A DNA stretch of 64,000 nucleotides, taken from contig CM082578.2 in assembly GCA_040954595.2 (NCBI GenBank), positions 17,812,728 through 17,876,727 on the forward strand. Reading direction: 5' to 3'. The number at the start of each line of letters is the position of its first letter. The first letter of the stretch is position 1. Source of the stretch: Balanoglossus misakiensis. Taxonomy: Eukaryota; Animalia; Hemichordata. This document shows positions 41,501 to 56,313 of the stretch, in pieces. Below the pieces are notes generated by a model, which searched no databases, was not told the DNA's origin, and worked only from the letters and a program-made list of their open reading frames with translations. The position numbers were made by a program, and so were the translations under genes.

Positions 41501-44500
41501 GAATTTCAACTGGAAAGTTTTCAACGACACATCAGTAACCCAGATCATGCGATGTGGGTTTTCCTTTCATGCGCACGCGCACGTGGATACCACGATCTGA
41601 CAGCTAATGGTGTGTATGACGACATTAAAATTCCAGCTCGGTATATCCCTGGTCATTTCACGTTGGGGAAATAATCGTCCAAGTGTCAAGTTTTACGACC
41701 GTTGCGCAAACTCAACCGAACAACTGCATTATCAGCAGGGATGACTCACGCCAACAATGACATCACCGCAGATCCGTCCAAAACAAACGATCTTCACCAA
41801 CAAATCGACCACTTGTCTCCTCGTCCGTGCATATCGACGAGACCCTTGTAGCTAATGATCGCCAGAATGTGAATTCAGTCGACACGCATGCAGGAAATGC
41901 TGATGCGGCGATAATCGGCCCATGATGGACAGTCGCGGTAACGGGACTCTGCAAAAATAGTTTCGATCACGTTTCGTTGTTTTCTACGTCATACAGGCCT
42001 TCTTCCCAATCAGACTCACACATATTAAAATTCTCTGCAATTGGAACCTGTGTTATCTGTACATTTTCACATTCCGAACAACTGTCCGATCACAAACTTT
42101 ACAGGTCTGCCATTGGCATTGCGAATGAGCAGCGAAGAAATAGAATATCGACAATTCATTCCTCTGACGTCATTTGCACACCACCAAACTGTCGTATGGG
42201 ATCCACTGAAAAGTTTACAATTTGCTATTTTGACAAGTAAGGATAAAATACATTTGTTCTTTGAATGCAATGGCTGCAAAGACACCCTTAGCCACTCCTG
42301 ACATTAGCTGCAACTACACAAATACTAGCAATCGATTACTAGTATTACATCTATGTTCTCTGAGGACATATATTGATTTAGAATATTTGTGCTTGCTCGC
42401 TTGGGATTTCCCCAGTCCAATCCCCGAACATTCTTATTTCGCTTTATGTAGGTGCCATCCCCATGATCCCGTGGGTGTTCAACGTTGCACCCGATCTCGT
42501 TTAGTCGAGGGTTTGCCTCTTCAGGAATGTTAGCGTTCTCAATAAATCCCCGTTGACATCCGAAGCTGTATAAATTATCAATTGGTAATCATATTACCTA
42601 GGAAGTCGACGCAAATTCGCCGACAACATTTACAACACTGTCAGTTTTAACAGTACAATTTCCTTATTCACGGTGGATGAATTACTGACTGGCCTGAGAA
42701 ATCTTTACTGCCAGATTAGACAATGAAGCCACCTATGGTATCCGGATCTGCATTGCTGCAAACCGTCTACAGGGTGCAGCTGATTAAACTTGGCAACACG
42801 TGAAATGACTGCGTTGGCAATGCGCTGTTTACCCAGGACTAACACTGCGTGGGAATCGACACTTTGAGTACAAGCTCGACATGTTACCATTACAATGAAG
42901 TGAAATGGATTTAGGATGTTGCCACTACACAACGGAGTAAAGATGGAGATGCGGGGATGTAAGTAGACGAAACTTTCGTCTCATTTGCTAATGCGAGGTG
43001 AGAAATGGATGCGCAAGAAAACTTGGCACCTGTTTGTTGGGATGACTCATTCGACGTGAGTGACAAGACTGCCGTAGGGGGCGCCGTCCACAAGATCTCG
43101 AAGACACCCAAGTAATGTTTCGATAGAGAGCCGGGCCAAGCACGTTGTTCACGGAGAGTGTCTTGCACGGGAATTGACACCAAATTGTAAAAGTTCAATT
43201 TTAATGTTTGAAACCCGAATGAAGTGAACCACTGTACAGCAAAAGACACTTGATGAAGTTTTGACGTCACTCGGACGTCAACATATGATATTTGATTCGG
43301 AATAATTCAATAAAAAAACGAATTTGGGAAATTGGATGGTGTTTATGGTGAGAGAGTGTTGTTCTGTACCTAGCAATTACATCGGACGAACGTCGCGACA
43401 AACGGCGTTCTATTTATAGTAAGATGATTCAGTCATAGCGGCTATAAACTTTTTAGCTTGTTAAACAGATCTCCGTATTCTCACATTTGAAAGTCCCCTA
43501 GAGAAATGCCCTACGTCGTAAAGACGACTGCGCCATGATGTCAGCAGCCATCGTACGGACTGTAATAAGGTGTACCGGTGTACCAACGTACGTGTTACTT
43601 TTTAAACTAGGGGATTTTTTTATTAGAAAACCACTCGAATTCAATAACTGATTGAGAAAAATCGAAATTTCTCCGTTTCTCTGCTTGGGTGATTCATACG
43701 CAGTTGAACGGTGCTTAATGATACAGACAGCTCGGCGGCACTGCTACACATAAAACAAACCCGGGCCATTGCAATGATGTAGCGATGTAGCGCGAAGTTA
43801 CCGATGACTTGCATGAGTTTCACTCGCTGGTCAATTTCAGATGCGCAGCGTGTTCTCGGACACCTTCGGATTTCTATAAATTAAAAGGATTTGGGGACTT
43901 TATTTATTTTTTCAGAAAATCTGTTCCCGAAGTGCGTACTACCTTTCAATAAGTCTACCTTCGACGCCCCCCCCCCCCCGTTCAACACACAAAGTCCTGA
44001 GCTTCTCTCTCTCTCTCTCTACTTCCACTTCGCCAGAAAAGTCTGGCCAACAACTACTAGTATATCTTTCTTCATCCAAACACTGGCGAACATGCTTAAC
44101 CTCCGCGCCGAAAAATTAGCAATGCCGATGAGATCTGCTCTTCGGCGAAAACAAAAGCGGCAGTATTAAATATCAAAGTCAAAACAATATTCATGATGTA
44201 GATCAGTGTGTTCAAGGCTCGACTCGGCTGTCGCCATTTACCATTCAACACGGTCACAAAAATTGCGCCTCAAGACAGCGGAAACACATTCGTCGTTCCA
44301 AATAACCTTCGCAATCGATTTCATAAAGGCCACAAAACACATCAGAATCAAAATTTGAATAAGCAAGGTCGAAACGCCAATATTCTTAGATACTAAAGTT
44401 CTAGTTAACCTCTACCGCTAGCTGTGTTAGCACAGGTGTAATCTCCATAGTGGACGAAACTTTTCCGAAAATTTAAAAATCTCAGGCTATCCGATATAAA

Positions 44501-45514
44501 GAAAAAAGAAAAGAGAAAGCAAGCAAATTTTAAAATACATATAGCCAGACTGACACGGAGACAGAAATTAATATAAACACAAATACAACAGAGTCAGTAA
44601 GTATACTGTTGGTGATCATCGTGTTCCCTTGCTAACTCGTTGGTTCACTTTCCATCTCGGTTCGTCAGTCAAACCAGTCAGACGTATTGTAACGAGTCCA
44701 ATGACCAGCTCATAGATATTAGCGGACAAGTAAAGATGAATATGTTACACAAGCAAATCTACTGTGACAGAATTAACGCTTTCGGAATCTCGACGCTCCG
44801 ATTGAACATGGGAAATCGCTGGACGCTATAAAAATGATTTATGTTTTAATAATTTCGTTCTATGGTCCATATAATTCGAAGGTCGGGTGATTGTTGAATG
44901 CTTTTATGAATTCCATAAAAATCCGGGATGCCTTTGAGAAAAACGCCGGTGCATATATTTCAGGGAAACTGGTCGGTCACGTGATATATGCCCAATATCA
45001 CTGTATCAAGTCTGGGCGAGATTGATAGAGGCTTTTTACAACACTACGGTGGGTTTCAAAGAAAGGCCCCCGGTTCAACAGCCACCGTGGGGACCCTACA
45101 AGTCTCTTTTGGAATGTCGCCGCGTTTATTGACATATTCAAACATTCAAAAAATATTTCTTGTACAAAGGGTCTCTAAAATTGTCGCATAAAAATATAAT
45201 GTGTGATGTCGGTTTCAACTTGTGATGCCGTGACGTCGGATGACGCGTAATCTGAGTCCAACCTAATTTTTACGTTCTCATTTTCAACGCATGCATTAAT
45301 TAAAATATCAACTGCGATCGCTGCGCTACCGAGGCCATACAGTTAATTTTATACATGCACGCAGTGGCATTCCTATCTGTGATTTGAAAATCGAGCATTT
45401 TTTCCAATTTGTTTAAAAGGGCATTAATAAAAAGACATGTGCGCAATAGCAGATAGGCGTAACAAGTTGTCCGTCTGCGCTGACCTGATGGGAAGGGCGC
45501 GCCAAACATCTCAG

Positions 45515-45558
45515 CCAATCAGATGGTGGGAGTGTCTGTGGCATATGCATATATAAAA
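45515..45558 (+). promoter_or_regulatory. Wnt7 distal promoter (CCAAT + TATA)
   Basis: agCCAATcag (45515) and TATAAAA (45552-45558), about 150 bp upstream of the ATG at 45703. Confidence 0.7.
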
Positions 45559-45702
45559 TACCGTGTGTCACTTTAAGCGGCTCCAATCACCTGGACACGC
45601 TAATCTCTATTTTACCTTGGCTAGGAATGTTCCCATAATATCCAACAGAAATGTAAGCGGCTCGCCATATCGTGACGTCCGTTTGCTTGGTTTCGAAGTA
45701 AC

Positions 45703-45791
45703 ATGCAAACTTACGAGAATCGTCTCTTATCAGGAATTCCATGTCTTTGTAAAGCGGTGCTGGTTTTCTTTCTCGTTTTGTCATATTTCGG
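45703..45791 (+). CDS. WNT7: Wnt7 alternative first coding exon, distal (signal peptide)
   Basis: MQTYENRLLSGIPCLCKAVLVFFLVLSYF + GG|gtaaga; phase 2 joins exon 2 as ...[13 protein letters not shown], like vertebrate WNT7B ...[13 protein letters not shown]. Confidence 0.72.
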
Positions 45792-46915
45792 GTAAGATTT
45801 ATTCACTTTTTCTGAAATCATTTTTATTCGAGCCTTGCGTGTCGACTTTCAAGACGATCGCTTGTCACATCAGAGTTGGCCTGGGTCCGAGTGAACAAAA
45901 GAACGGGGATATTTTTTGTGTATGTTGTTTCTTTAGAGTTTCCATAGAACAAGAGAAGCGCTTGGGTCTTGGAGAGTTCCAAACAAGGCGCTTAAAGAAG
46001 GTAAAAGTTTAACGGGAAGATCTATCGAGGTTGTGTGCAATGTTATATTAGTGGAACCTGTACAAATGCGACACATTCCGACGTTCTCTGCAACTATTCC
46101 TTGTAAAAGCAAGATCTAAGGCGTTAAAGTATACAATGCATTGGTGCGACTTAACTCCTGAAAACGCACACCTAATTCACCTGGGACTCGGACATTGTTA
46201 AATGTGGACACAGAACCAAGATCATAAGTTTCCGTGATTTGAACGAGATTTGAATCAAGCCTGGGAATTGAATGATACATTGCTTGGAACCCCTTCAGTT
46301 ACTAAGATACTTTGCTATTTCAAAAAATCAAAATGTGACAGATCGTGTTCCTTGAATGAGGTGTTTCCCAAATCCCAAATGCTTGGCAAGACATGACGCA
46401 GTTGGGTACGCGTTATGGGTTGGCCGGCGTTCATCGTGTGATGATAACGGTAAGAGATTTGAGAAGTGGGAGGATTTTAAATATTTTTTTTCGTTCCCCG
46501 TGGAAATGTTCCGCCATGTCTTTTCGTGAATTGACACGTAAAGACCGTCGAACTGTTTTGGGTTCGTCCTCCCCTCATCTTTACATTGTCTCCAAACGTA
46601 TGCAGAGACTATCGTCAGTCCAAAGTTATCGACATATCTAAGGCGTCCGAGAGACATTTACGAGGGTCTGGTTACGGAAGTTAGACCGTTTCTTCCACTG
46701 CGCCGGAATTATTTCCACTCCGTCAGTTATATTATCCGCACTATGACATGTTGTGTCAGGGAAAGATGGAAGTTGGGGTATTGTGGCCCCATGATATCTG
46801 CCAATAACACGCACTTGAATGCCCTATTGGTTTGTTACGCGATATATACGCGCGATGCTTTGCGTCCTTATTTGGACTCCCTAGCTTTATCAATATTGCT
46901 TTATACATTTGCGGC

Positions 46916-47020
<105 letters not shown>

Positions 47021-47375
47021 CCTGATGTACTTTTATAAGAATCTATGAGCCTGATGTAGTAATATTGGTGTGGATAACGTATAGACGTAGAATTCAAACA
47101 GGTAACTGATACTTTCACTGACCTATAAATTCGATCGCTGTGATTCGAGTAGCCATACAATAACTTAACCAAGATGACAGTGAAGTACTTCTCCAACATT
47201 GTGCGATGGTCGCCATGTTCGTGTTATTCAGACAGCCGAGGTACAATTGGTTCGTCTAAGTACCATCGTGTGTTGAGTCTAAAATTTCAACAGCAATGAC
47301 TATGCACTTCACCACTACCATCAACCAATTCCAGCATCTTCATCATCACATAATCACCCTCCTCCTCCTCGTCAC

Positions 47376-47390
47376 CATCATCATCATCAG

Positions 47391-47444
<54 letters not shown>
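47376..47444. repeat. (CAT)~23 microsatellite with one CAG interruption
   Basis: Directly visible; reverse complement of the upstream GAT tract. Confidence 0.98.
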
Positions 47445-47738
47445 GGATGCACGAGACCGATGAATGGGGTCACCTTGTCGTACAGCTTTCTGTTCGGCCA
47501 AGTTGGAGCAAATCAAGGGGGCCTCGCTCCAAATCAGCAGATCGTGTTTGTTATCGGCTCTCACAAATCTATCTGATCTGTATTGACTGATTTCATCAGA
47601 TAAAATTGTGTAGTCTATCCAGCTAATTCACAGTTCGGTTGCGTAACCATCACTCAAAAACCAGTTTCTGTATGACCACGATTTTTTCTTTGACCACACT
47701 TATGCAAACATTTACCTGAAGGTTTTGGATAACAATAT

Positions 47739-47781
47739 GACAGGCCATAGACCCTAGAGAAACTAGGGTCTGTGGACAGAC
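47739..47781. mobile_element. 29-bp palindromic mini-element or footprint with 7-bp TSD (6/7 match)
   Basis: gacaggc|catagaccctagagaaactagggtctgtg|gacagac. Confidence 0.7.
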
Positions 47782-49359
47782 TTGGTAAATAAAGACCTCC
47801 AAATTACCGAGAATTAGGCTCATTTCGATGAAATGTGCCAGATTCACACATTACGTTTCATGAGTATGTTTTGGCCGACACTGCGAAATTGTCGCTGTGT
47901 CCTCGCGGCACTTCTCAACTTCGACCGTCGAAGTCACGTGATACGGGGCTTCGCGGAAGGGTGAAAGAAGCAGTTGCGGAAAGGAGTCGTGTTCAGCAAT
48001 CACGCATAAGGAAAGAAGTCGTGCATTCAGCTTATCCGCATACTCGGGTTTTTTTACCGGCGCGTGTGAGCTGTAACGACCCCGCCGTTTAATACGGTGT
48101 TGTGTTTGCCCGCCGACAATAAAACCAACACGGAGGTCATCTAATTATATCAGGGCACCCATGCAATTACGTCACGATGTGATGTCATAGACCGGCGGTG
48201 GCAAGATTTCAATTATTCTGATGGATCAGCGCAAGATCATAAAAATAAAATTTTATAACAAGAATTCATTTGAAAAAATATCGTGAACATAATTTACGGG
48301 TTTGACTTTCTGGGGTTGTCTCCTCCGTGACCCCAATAAAATTTTTAAAATTCCAAAACATGATTGGAAAAGGAGACGTTAAAATGTTTTGGGAGTGAAA
48401 TGTGTTGTCATGGTAGCATGCAAATGCTTCTTCACGTTTACGATTGTATTACGTTGTTATTGCTGGCGTGTCCACCGAATAAAAAATAGTAATTAAAAAT
48501 TGGATTGGTAACATTGGAGAAAGTTGAGAATGTTTGATTCACACGTGTAGTACACGATTCAATCCAGTTAATTTGCTATAAATGCCGGTTCTGTTTTCGC
48601 GTGGAAACTCATAGGTACATGTATCAAAACTTTTCTTCCCTCTGCTAGAATCTAGCCGGTGTCTATACTAACCTGAATGCACCGGCTAACACCGGCTGAC
48701 TTCACTCCATCTTTAGTACATATAACCGGCTCGCGGACAACGCTGCCTATAGTCGTGGGCGAATGAGTCATCAAAATACCCTTTGACCTCTGTAATACTT
48801 GTGGAATTTGAACCGAAAAAATTGCAGCGTCAGGTTCGGTATGATTCTCACTCTTTAAAATGGTCAGCGTGAATTGTACAGCAATGGTTCCAATATAATA
48901 TAACGCATTTTATATCTCGCCCTGTCAGCATTTAATTCAAAAAATGCAATTAAAAAACGACCATAAACGGGATAGCAGCATACTTTTTTTGGAAGGTACA
49001 CTTTTTGTGTGCAGTAAGCTTACACATTCGCTCGACCATGGTGTCTATAGAAAATCAGGAATTAGCATTTACGAGAAGTAAGCAAGATTATTCTTCCTAA
49101 ATATGAATCAATAGGTGACTCTCACCAACTTGACTAGCGATCGGATCATTGGTGTTTATTTGGGCCTAGCTCTAACCTAGACCGAAAGATTCACTCCACA
49201 CAGAGGCAGTCTGAGTCGGGAACGATCGAAAAAGCACGCATGTCAACTTTCCGTCTGAATTTCAAGACTTTGCAGGCGACACGACCCTCAAAAGGCTCTA
49301 GAAAATCAAAACTCGGGGCTTTCACAAGATAAAGCATCCTAAGTTGAAATGCGTATTAT

Positions 49360-49400
49360 GATAGGCCATAGACCCTGGCTCCCAGGGTCTGTGGATAGGC
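49360..49400. mobile_element. 27-bp palindromic mini-element or footprint with 7-bp TSD
   Basis: gataggc|catagaccctggctcccagggtctgtg|gataggc. Confidence 0.75.
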
Positions 49401-51550
49401 TAACATTGTATGATTGACTAACATTGATGGTGGTGATATGAGACTGTATGGTTGGTTCTAGGCCTACACCAAGGTCACGGTGACCCCGAACGCAAGCCAT
49501 TTGTTTCAATGTCAATCTCTTTTAAGAGTGTGGAGAGAAGAGCTGTCTGCGCCTCAGCGTTGATGCGGATTTTTGACACGGCCTTCGCTTGACTGAGCTG
49601 GCCGCAGAACAAGGCGTCATTTTGCCCGCGCCTGCCGGTAACATGATCGGACAGTTTGGGTTCGGCGAGTCACTTGTACCCTGATGTCTGGTTCTATGGC
49701 AAAGGCGCGGGTAAATTATTTTGACAAGTCGCTGAAGCTAAGTCAACGTAATTAGATCGGTAACCATGGGTAACTGTACACGGAAGGGGACAATCGCCAC
49801 ATTCAGAAAAGCGCCCTCTGCGACGAAGTCTGAAATGCAATACGTCAGCGAAGATATCCAAAATGCACTCAGGCTCCGCAATAACAGAGCTGTCTTTTAA
49901 AAAAACTTGTTTGTGTTTACCTGTGTTGTTGGGACATTTTAGTCACAAAATCCAACCAAGTAGTGTTGTATCCATTACGGCTTTCAAGTGTATGGACACG
50001 AGCTTCAGTCGGGGGGTATTTCTCTGGAAGGTCAAAACGAATAAACGGCTTATTTAAAGTCTCGAGATAAGGAAATGGGGAAAGTGTGTATCTGAAGTAA
50101 CCATTGAGTAGACTTACGAATGCATAGGGGGTATCAGATGAAACCCCTGTGAGTGAGAATGTAAAGAGACGCAGCATACAGACACTACATTGGCACAGAA
50201 TCAATATGTAGCGAAGATAAAAAACACGGTGACAGCTTTGAGTGTCTGAGTGCCGGGGTAGTGCCCACTTACAAGCAAACAAAGGTTGGCTGGTAACCCG
50301 GTGTGCTGAGATGCATGCAGAGCACACGACAGGGAGGGGCCAAAGCTAAGTCTATTACGCGTCGGGGCTATTTTAATATCCGACGCCTGTAATCAGATAG
50401 CGGGTAACCCGGTACGAGGAGAGAGGGTGTCAGGACCCGGTCGCTCCTAAAAACATCACCTGGGATAAAAATCACGAGTGGACCATAAAAATCAGCCGAG
50501 AAGGACTGGGGATCATACTGGCAGAGATACAAGTTGGCTTTGCGAAATTCCGACCGTGTCTGGAACTTGTTGGACACCGGTCGTTCCGCTTAATTGAAAA
50601 GGGGGTAGACTCTGGCTTGTTCACTATGGCACAACACGGCACCGCCGAGACGGATACCAAACGGTGTTTCAAGAATTGGTAAAGAAAACAACACAAGGGT
50701 ACTTGACTACTACTTCAGCGTCATTTCGACACCACTTCAACCTTGTAAAAAAGTATTCTAAGTTTCTCGGTTGTTTGATTCGATTCTTCTGGTTGATAAA
50801 CCCCCTGCACTGCAATTGCAACCGATCACGGGTGTCTGCGTGCGGATTGTGTGGGAACTGCGAGCTGATGATCGCGACTGTCTGAAAAAACAGTGTGTTC
50901 AGCTGGCCAAGTGTTAAACTGCCGAAGCCACAAAACCCTGACGACACCTGGGACAAAATCACACCTTGTTCCGTCACCTTCTGGCGGAAGTGACATCGCC
51001 ACGATGACAAACCCAAGCTGCGAAAACTGTGACTAGACATTGTGACAAGGCTCGTCACAGGTGTTTGTCATGACCAGAGCTCTGGACAGGACTTCCTGCG
51101 CACCCAGGAGAACTACATAAAGACACCACCAGTGCCGCGTGCTGACAGACATATCACCACATTGTCGTAAATCACCTGTCGTAATTAGGTGCTAAGCGAC
51201 CAACAACTACCAGTGTTACGCAAAACACGCACAACACATTTCTGACTTCAACCGCAGTGAAATATTTCTGATAAAAAGTGACTTACATCAGTCCTGAGTG
51301 TTCGAAACGCCACGATCAAAACAAAACCTATGACAAAACATGCAAATATAACGAATATTGTGTGTTATTTGATATATTTTTAAAAGACGCATTTCTAAGC
51401 GCTGCCGTATATACTTAGAAAACGACATCACGAAACACTGTTTACGAGCGCTGGGAATTTGTGATCGGGTCGTGTCATTTTACTTTTCCTGCAAGTAGCT
51501 AAATGTCGAACTGATCGAATATTAAGGAGTTGTAAAGAAGAACGATCAGT

Positions 51551-51732
51551 GGGCGGGACACCTGTAATGATCCATGTAATTGATGATAGTCACGAACCAA
51601 TGAGCGTAAAGGATTTCACGTGAAAGTAGGACTGTCGTCCAATCAGAAGGGGCGTTTGTTTATCGCTTTGTATAGACTTGGATCTATATGGATATAAGCC
51701 CAGGTTTTGTTCGCTTACTATAGCGTTCAGTT
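51551..51732 (+). promoter_or_regulatory. Wnt7 proximal promoter
   Basis: GC box GGGCGGG (51551), CCAAT (51597, 51639), CACGTG (51617), TATA-like TATAAG (51693), Inr-like TCAGTT (51727). Confidence 0.65.
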
Positions 51733-51796
51733 GCTGACCAGTGTCCATTGATAGGACACATCTTTAAAACACAGTCTTTTTTAGTTGCCGATCACA

Positions 51797-51879
51797 ATGT
51801 TGGCCAATTTTCCGTCCCTATTGCTTCTCTACCTGATTGTTGTATCTGAATGGAGTTTTGTAGGCCGCGCTAGTATATT
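51797..51879 (+). CDS. WNT7: Wnt7 alternative first coding exon, proximal (signal peptide)
   Basis: MLANFPSLLLLYLIVVSEWSFVGRASI + TT|gtaagt; phase 2, in frame with exon 2. Confidence 0.78.
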
Positions 51880-52164
51880 GTAAGTATAGGTTATTGATTC
51901 TGGTGGTTGGTGAGATTGATGAATGCTTGGTATGTGTAAGTAAATATAGATTTATGTCCAATGATGATGACCCTCCTATTATCGTATCATCCAATACATC
52001 ACTGAGATTAGAATGATAGGTTTACAACCCATATCACGTTTACCTTCCTACTGTAGTGGAGCCCAACTGCAGTTGCTAACTACAACACAACGTATCCCGA
52101 CTTTTTTCACCGTGTCGCACTTATGGTTTTAAGACATTTTTTTCTCTGTCTTTTTCTCTTATAG

Positions 52165-52394
52165 CGCACTGTCTTCTGTGGTAGCGTTAGGTGCCAACAT
52201 TATCTGCAACAAGATACCGGGGCTGTCCCCGCGCCAGAGATCCATCTGTCAGAAGCGACCAGATGCCATCGTAGCCATCGGAGAAGGTGCCCAGCGAGGG
52301 GCGGAGGAATGCAAGTTTCAATTCCAACAAGCAAGATGGAACTGCACTTCACCAGGAGTATCCTACGGACTGTTCGGGGCAGACCCCCCTTCAG
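52165..52394 (+). CDS. WNT7: Wnt7 coding exon 2
   Basis: Long pyrimidine tract, tag|C: [41 protein letters not shown], nearly identical to the WNT7A/B N-terminus; donor gtaaat. Confidence 0.97.
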
Positions 52395-54207
52395 GTAAAT
52401 ACTCCCCAAAACATCCTCTAAATTTCTTCACCCCCTCCCCTAAAACTGATGGACTGGGTCATTTCACGGAACTAAGAACGGGCGATCATGCCGTCATCAT
52501 CTTTTGGTTCACTTTTTGGGGTTCGAAATTCTTCCAGTATCGGTTTAAGCGCTAAAATTGGAGGCACAAAAAGTGTGTAAGTGGTAGCTGCTGTTTTTGT
52601 AGAGGTAGGCTTAGACATAAGGTCATTCAGGTCTCCCTGGCTTAGACCCACAATAGTGTAAATACATGGCTATTGTTGCGTTTTCACCGAGGCATTAGAG
52701 TTTTTACAAGCGCACCGTGTTGTGTTGTACACCAACACATCGTCCATGTCTCAAATTTTAATGAAAAAAAATTAAAGGCAAGTAACTGGAACAACATCGC
52801 GTTCTTTTTTTTGCTGTGAGACTGCCTTAGCCCCGGCAGTCTCGCTTGAGAAGCCAAGGAGAAAACGAGTGAAACATTAGGTGGGGATAATCTGCAGCGC
52901 CGGCAAGGTAACTTGTTCTTGTTTGGTTTTTTGTGTGCAAGAGTTTGCTCAGGTTCTCATGTGAGAGATTAAAACTGGTTGAGAGAAGGATTTGTCCTTT
53001 TTAGAGTGGACAGTCTGTCATTGCCTGTTACACACGTCAATTCAGATTTAACATGTCAAACTGGACTCCCGTATTTACAGTTTTACTTTGATCCGACATT
53101 CCGTACATAAATCGGCCCATGGACCCCCCTTTTGTTTTCGCTCTGTCAGTCGTCTCTCTCTCGGGTTCCTCGCGCGGTGCGATGACGTATGCTTGGAATA
53201 GCAAAACTTTTCCCCAGTCTGGCCAAACACTAGATCTGGGAGGAGGGACCGAATCGTTGCGTATCTGTCGTTTTAACATTTCATTCGCACCAAGGGGAAA
53301 ACTTGCCACCAATTTTGATCTGACTATCGCGCGGTCGGTGAATAAGGAAAGCGGGCAAAAGTGTAGAACAACAGATCGCTTGCACAGTGCTGTTGAAAGT
53401 TCACAAACCCTGAAAGAGAAGCCAGCTCCCATTAAGAGTCGGAATGGTTTACAATGTAAACGTCGGTTTTTGTCACACTGTTTTGTGGGTACCTATATAG
53501 AACCTACAGGTATATTACCATTAACAATAGCGGCTAGTATGTTTGTCCCAAGGCATACTAAACTACACATTAACCGATAGAAAGTGGCTGATGGCAATAC
53601 CCCGCCATGTACTTTGGTAGAAGTGGTTTTACGAGAGAGAAAATCACTTGGTAGGATTCTATTTTCAATGATGTCGATTACTGGAGGTCGAGTGGTTGTC
53701 ACACAAAAAGTGTCAGCTCTCATTCTACAGAACTTTGCTTGTGAGGTTGACATCCCGGCCGCTGTACGATTATATATTCATAACCACGAGTACGTCACGA
53801 TACAATCCGTACATCCACGTACACCGGATCCACTACATGGTGGGAAGGATGATGAGTATTTTTAAACGATTCTGTAAAACTCGAAAATGTCGTTTTGGTT
53901 GGCATTTGTAGATTGTGCGCTTGTTATTGAATTTGAGGAAGAGTCAACCAACAGACAAATTTTTTTCCAACTCAGAAAGAAAGAGATGATACTAAAAAGT
54001 TATATCGATCAATGGTCACTTAAACTTTTTGATAGTGTGAGTAACACCCCTGGATATTATAATTCAATGGATGGGTTGGGTTTGTCATTCTACTGTCTCT
54101 GGGTTTATCATGGCGGAAGTAAACCACGTGCAACAGGTGTCTTTCTTGGAGATGCAGACAAACCGCTAACGAGGTGTGTTCTCTTTTCTACCTCCCTTTG
54201 TCAACAG

Positions 54208-54476
54208 GTAACAAAGAAGCTGCTTACATATACGCGATCAGTTCAGCTGGGGTGGCCCATTCCATCACGCAAGCTTGTAGCCAAGGCAACCTGACAAACT
54301 GTAGCTGCGACAAGACGAAGGAGACCGGCTACACGGAGGAGGGATGGAAATGGGGAGGTTGCAGCGCAGACATCGACTACGGCCTCAGGTTCTCGCGAGT
54401 GTTCGTGGACGCACGCGAGATAGAGCAGAATGCCAAGTCTTTGATGAATTTACATAACAACGAAGTTGGTCGACTT
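54208..54476 (+). CDS. WNT7: Wnt7 coding exon 3
   Basis: acag|GT: [35 protein letters not shown]...[28 protein letters not shown]...[11 protein letters not shown]|gtaagt. Confidence 0.97.
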
Positions 54477-55833
54477 GTAAGTATTCCTGGTGTTGACTCG
54501 TCGGTAACTTTAGCTCTAAACCTCACCGCTGAGGTAGTTTTTACACAAACTTGGCGCGTTTCAAACGTTTCGCTATGTTTGAACTAAGTGTTAATTTATA
54601 CCCATGTACACATATTTTGACACTTGAAAAGCCGATTAGTCGAAGAATGTTACGGAATTCCAATGTAAATGAGACATATTTACACAACGCCCACTTTGAA
54701 CACAGTGCTAACTAATTTGTTGTAGTTACGGAATACAGATTAACAAACAGGTGATTTCCCAAAGGTATCTCCAACAGAATTCAGAAAAAGATAGCCCAGA
54801 AAAAAAGTCTGTATATATCCATGCAGATAATATAACTGACTATTCGGTGCGCTTTTTTTCGAATTCGCATCGATTTTCTGTATATTTTACATCATCTTAA
54901 ACAATGAAAAGGAAGCGTAAATTATGATGCGTTTGTATTTGACTTTGTTTAGCAAGAACACACGGAGGATATGGGTGGATCTGCGCTGGCAACAGTTTGT
55001 ATTTGGAGCACCGGGCCGTCCCCCATGTTTAGATATATGTACCTAGTTTTGAATGGGTTCAGTGATAAAAATGTCATTAATTAAAGCGATCTTGCAAACG
55101 GTCAATATCAAACGACGCCGACCTATTGGTACGTAATGAACGATGTAATCGGAAAGGGACACTTTAGAGATAATGTTGTACTCCAATTAAGAATGACTCT
55201 TTTCACCGAGTGACTGTTTACGGGAGGTAGGCTCTGTGAAAGGCTATTGTCTGTGGCGGAGTCGTCATCAACACGGCGTCTTCCCCATTGTTCGTTTTTC
55301 TTTGCCTGTGATGGTTTCTTGCAACAGCAGACATGATCTTATGAATAAAGCCGAATGAACACCGGAAATTTACCAGATAAGCTGGACCAGTAAAAAAAAG
55401 TTAATTTCCGGGAATCCCATACAGATTCGTGTTCTATTGCTTAAATATTACATAGCATAGCCACTTCATGTTTAGTCAAGTTAGGCAATGTTCAATGGAG
55501 GAACTTTCAAGATCGTACTGTGGTTCTAGATCGACAACGTTTGTAATTTTAAGTAGAATGACAATATTTTATATAATGAAATGTATTTTTGCACATTTTA
55601 AAATGTACAAGTGCTGTTTTTAATTTATTATTTTTGTTTAAAGTGAATCTGAACAAACAATTTCAGGGTTTATATTAACTCTAATGGCTGAGCCACAGGT
55701 GTGCAAAATACTTTCTTTACTTTTGGGAAGAAAACAACTCCGACCAAATTTTGAAGCCTTTGTACAGTGTTTTACACATCCCTTAATTTTTTAACGAAAC
55801 TGACTAATTTTCTGATTGTTATATTTCCCCCAG

Positions 55834-56313
55834 GTTTTAAAAGAACTGATGGGCCTGGAGTGCAAGTGTCATGGTGTTTCTGGTTCGTGCACCATGAAGA
55901 CATGTTGGACCACACTCCCAGCATTCCACGACGTCGGGGCAAAGGTCAAAGAAAAATACAACCGAGGGAAACAAGTGGAACCAGTTCGGGTGCGACCAAC
56001 AAGAAGATCCGCTTTCCTTAAGCTGAAAAATGCCAAGGGCTATCGCAAGCCACCCAAAAAGAGTCTAGTGTTTCTCCACAAGTCGCCAAACTACTGCGAA
56101 TACGACCTGGATCGAGGCTCGCTAGGCACTGTGGGAAGGCTGTGTAATCGGACATCCACTGGTATTGACGGTTGCGATTTAATGTGCTGTGGACGAGGCT
56201 ACAATACGCATCAGTACAACAAGAAATGGCAGTGCAACTGTAAATTTCACTGGTGTTGCTATGTCAACTGCAATGAATGCAGCGAACAAACTGAAGAGTA
56301 CACCTGTAAATAA
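55834..56313 (+). CDS. WNT7: Wnt7 coding exon 4 (353 aa with proximal exon 1, 355 aa with distal)
   Basis: cag|[29 protein letters not shown]...FLKLK...SPNYCE...[22 protein letters not shown]...YTCK*. Confidence 0.98.
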   Translation, partial: VLKELMGLECKCHGVSGSCTMKTCWTTLPAFHDVGAKVKEKYNRGKQVEPVRVRPTRRSAFLKLKNAKGYRKPPKKSLVFLHKSPNYCEYDLDRGSLGTVGRLCNRTSTGIDGCDLMCCGRGYNTHQYNKKWQCNCKFHWCCYVNCNECSEQTEEYTCK

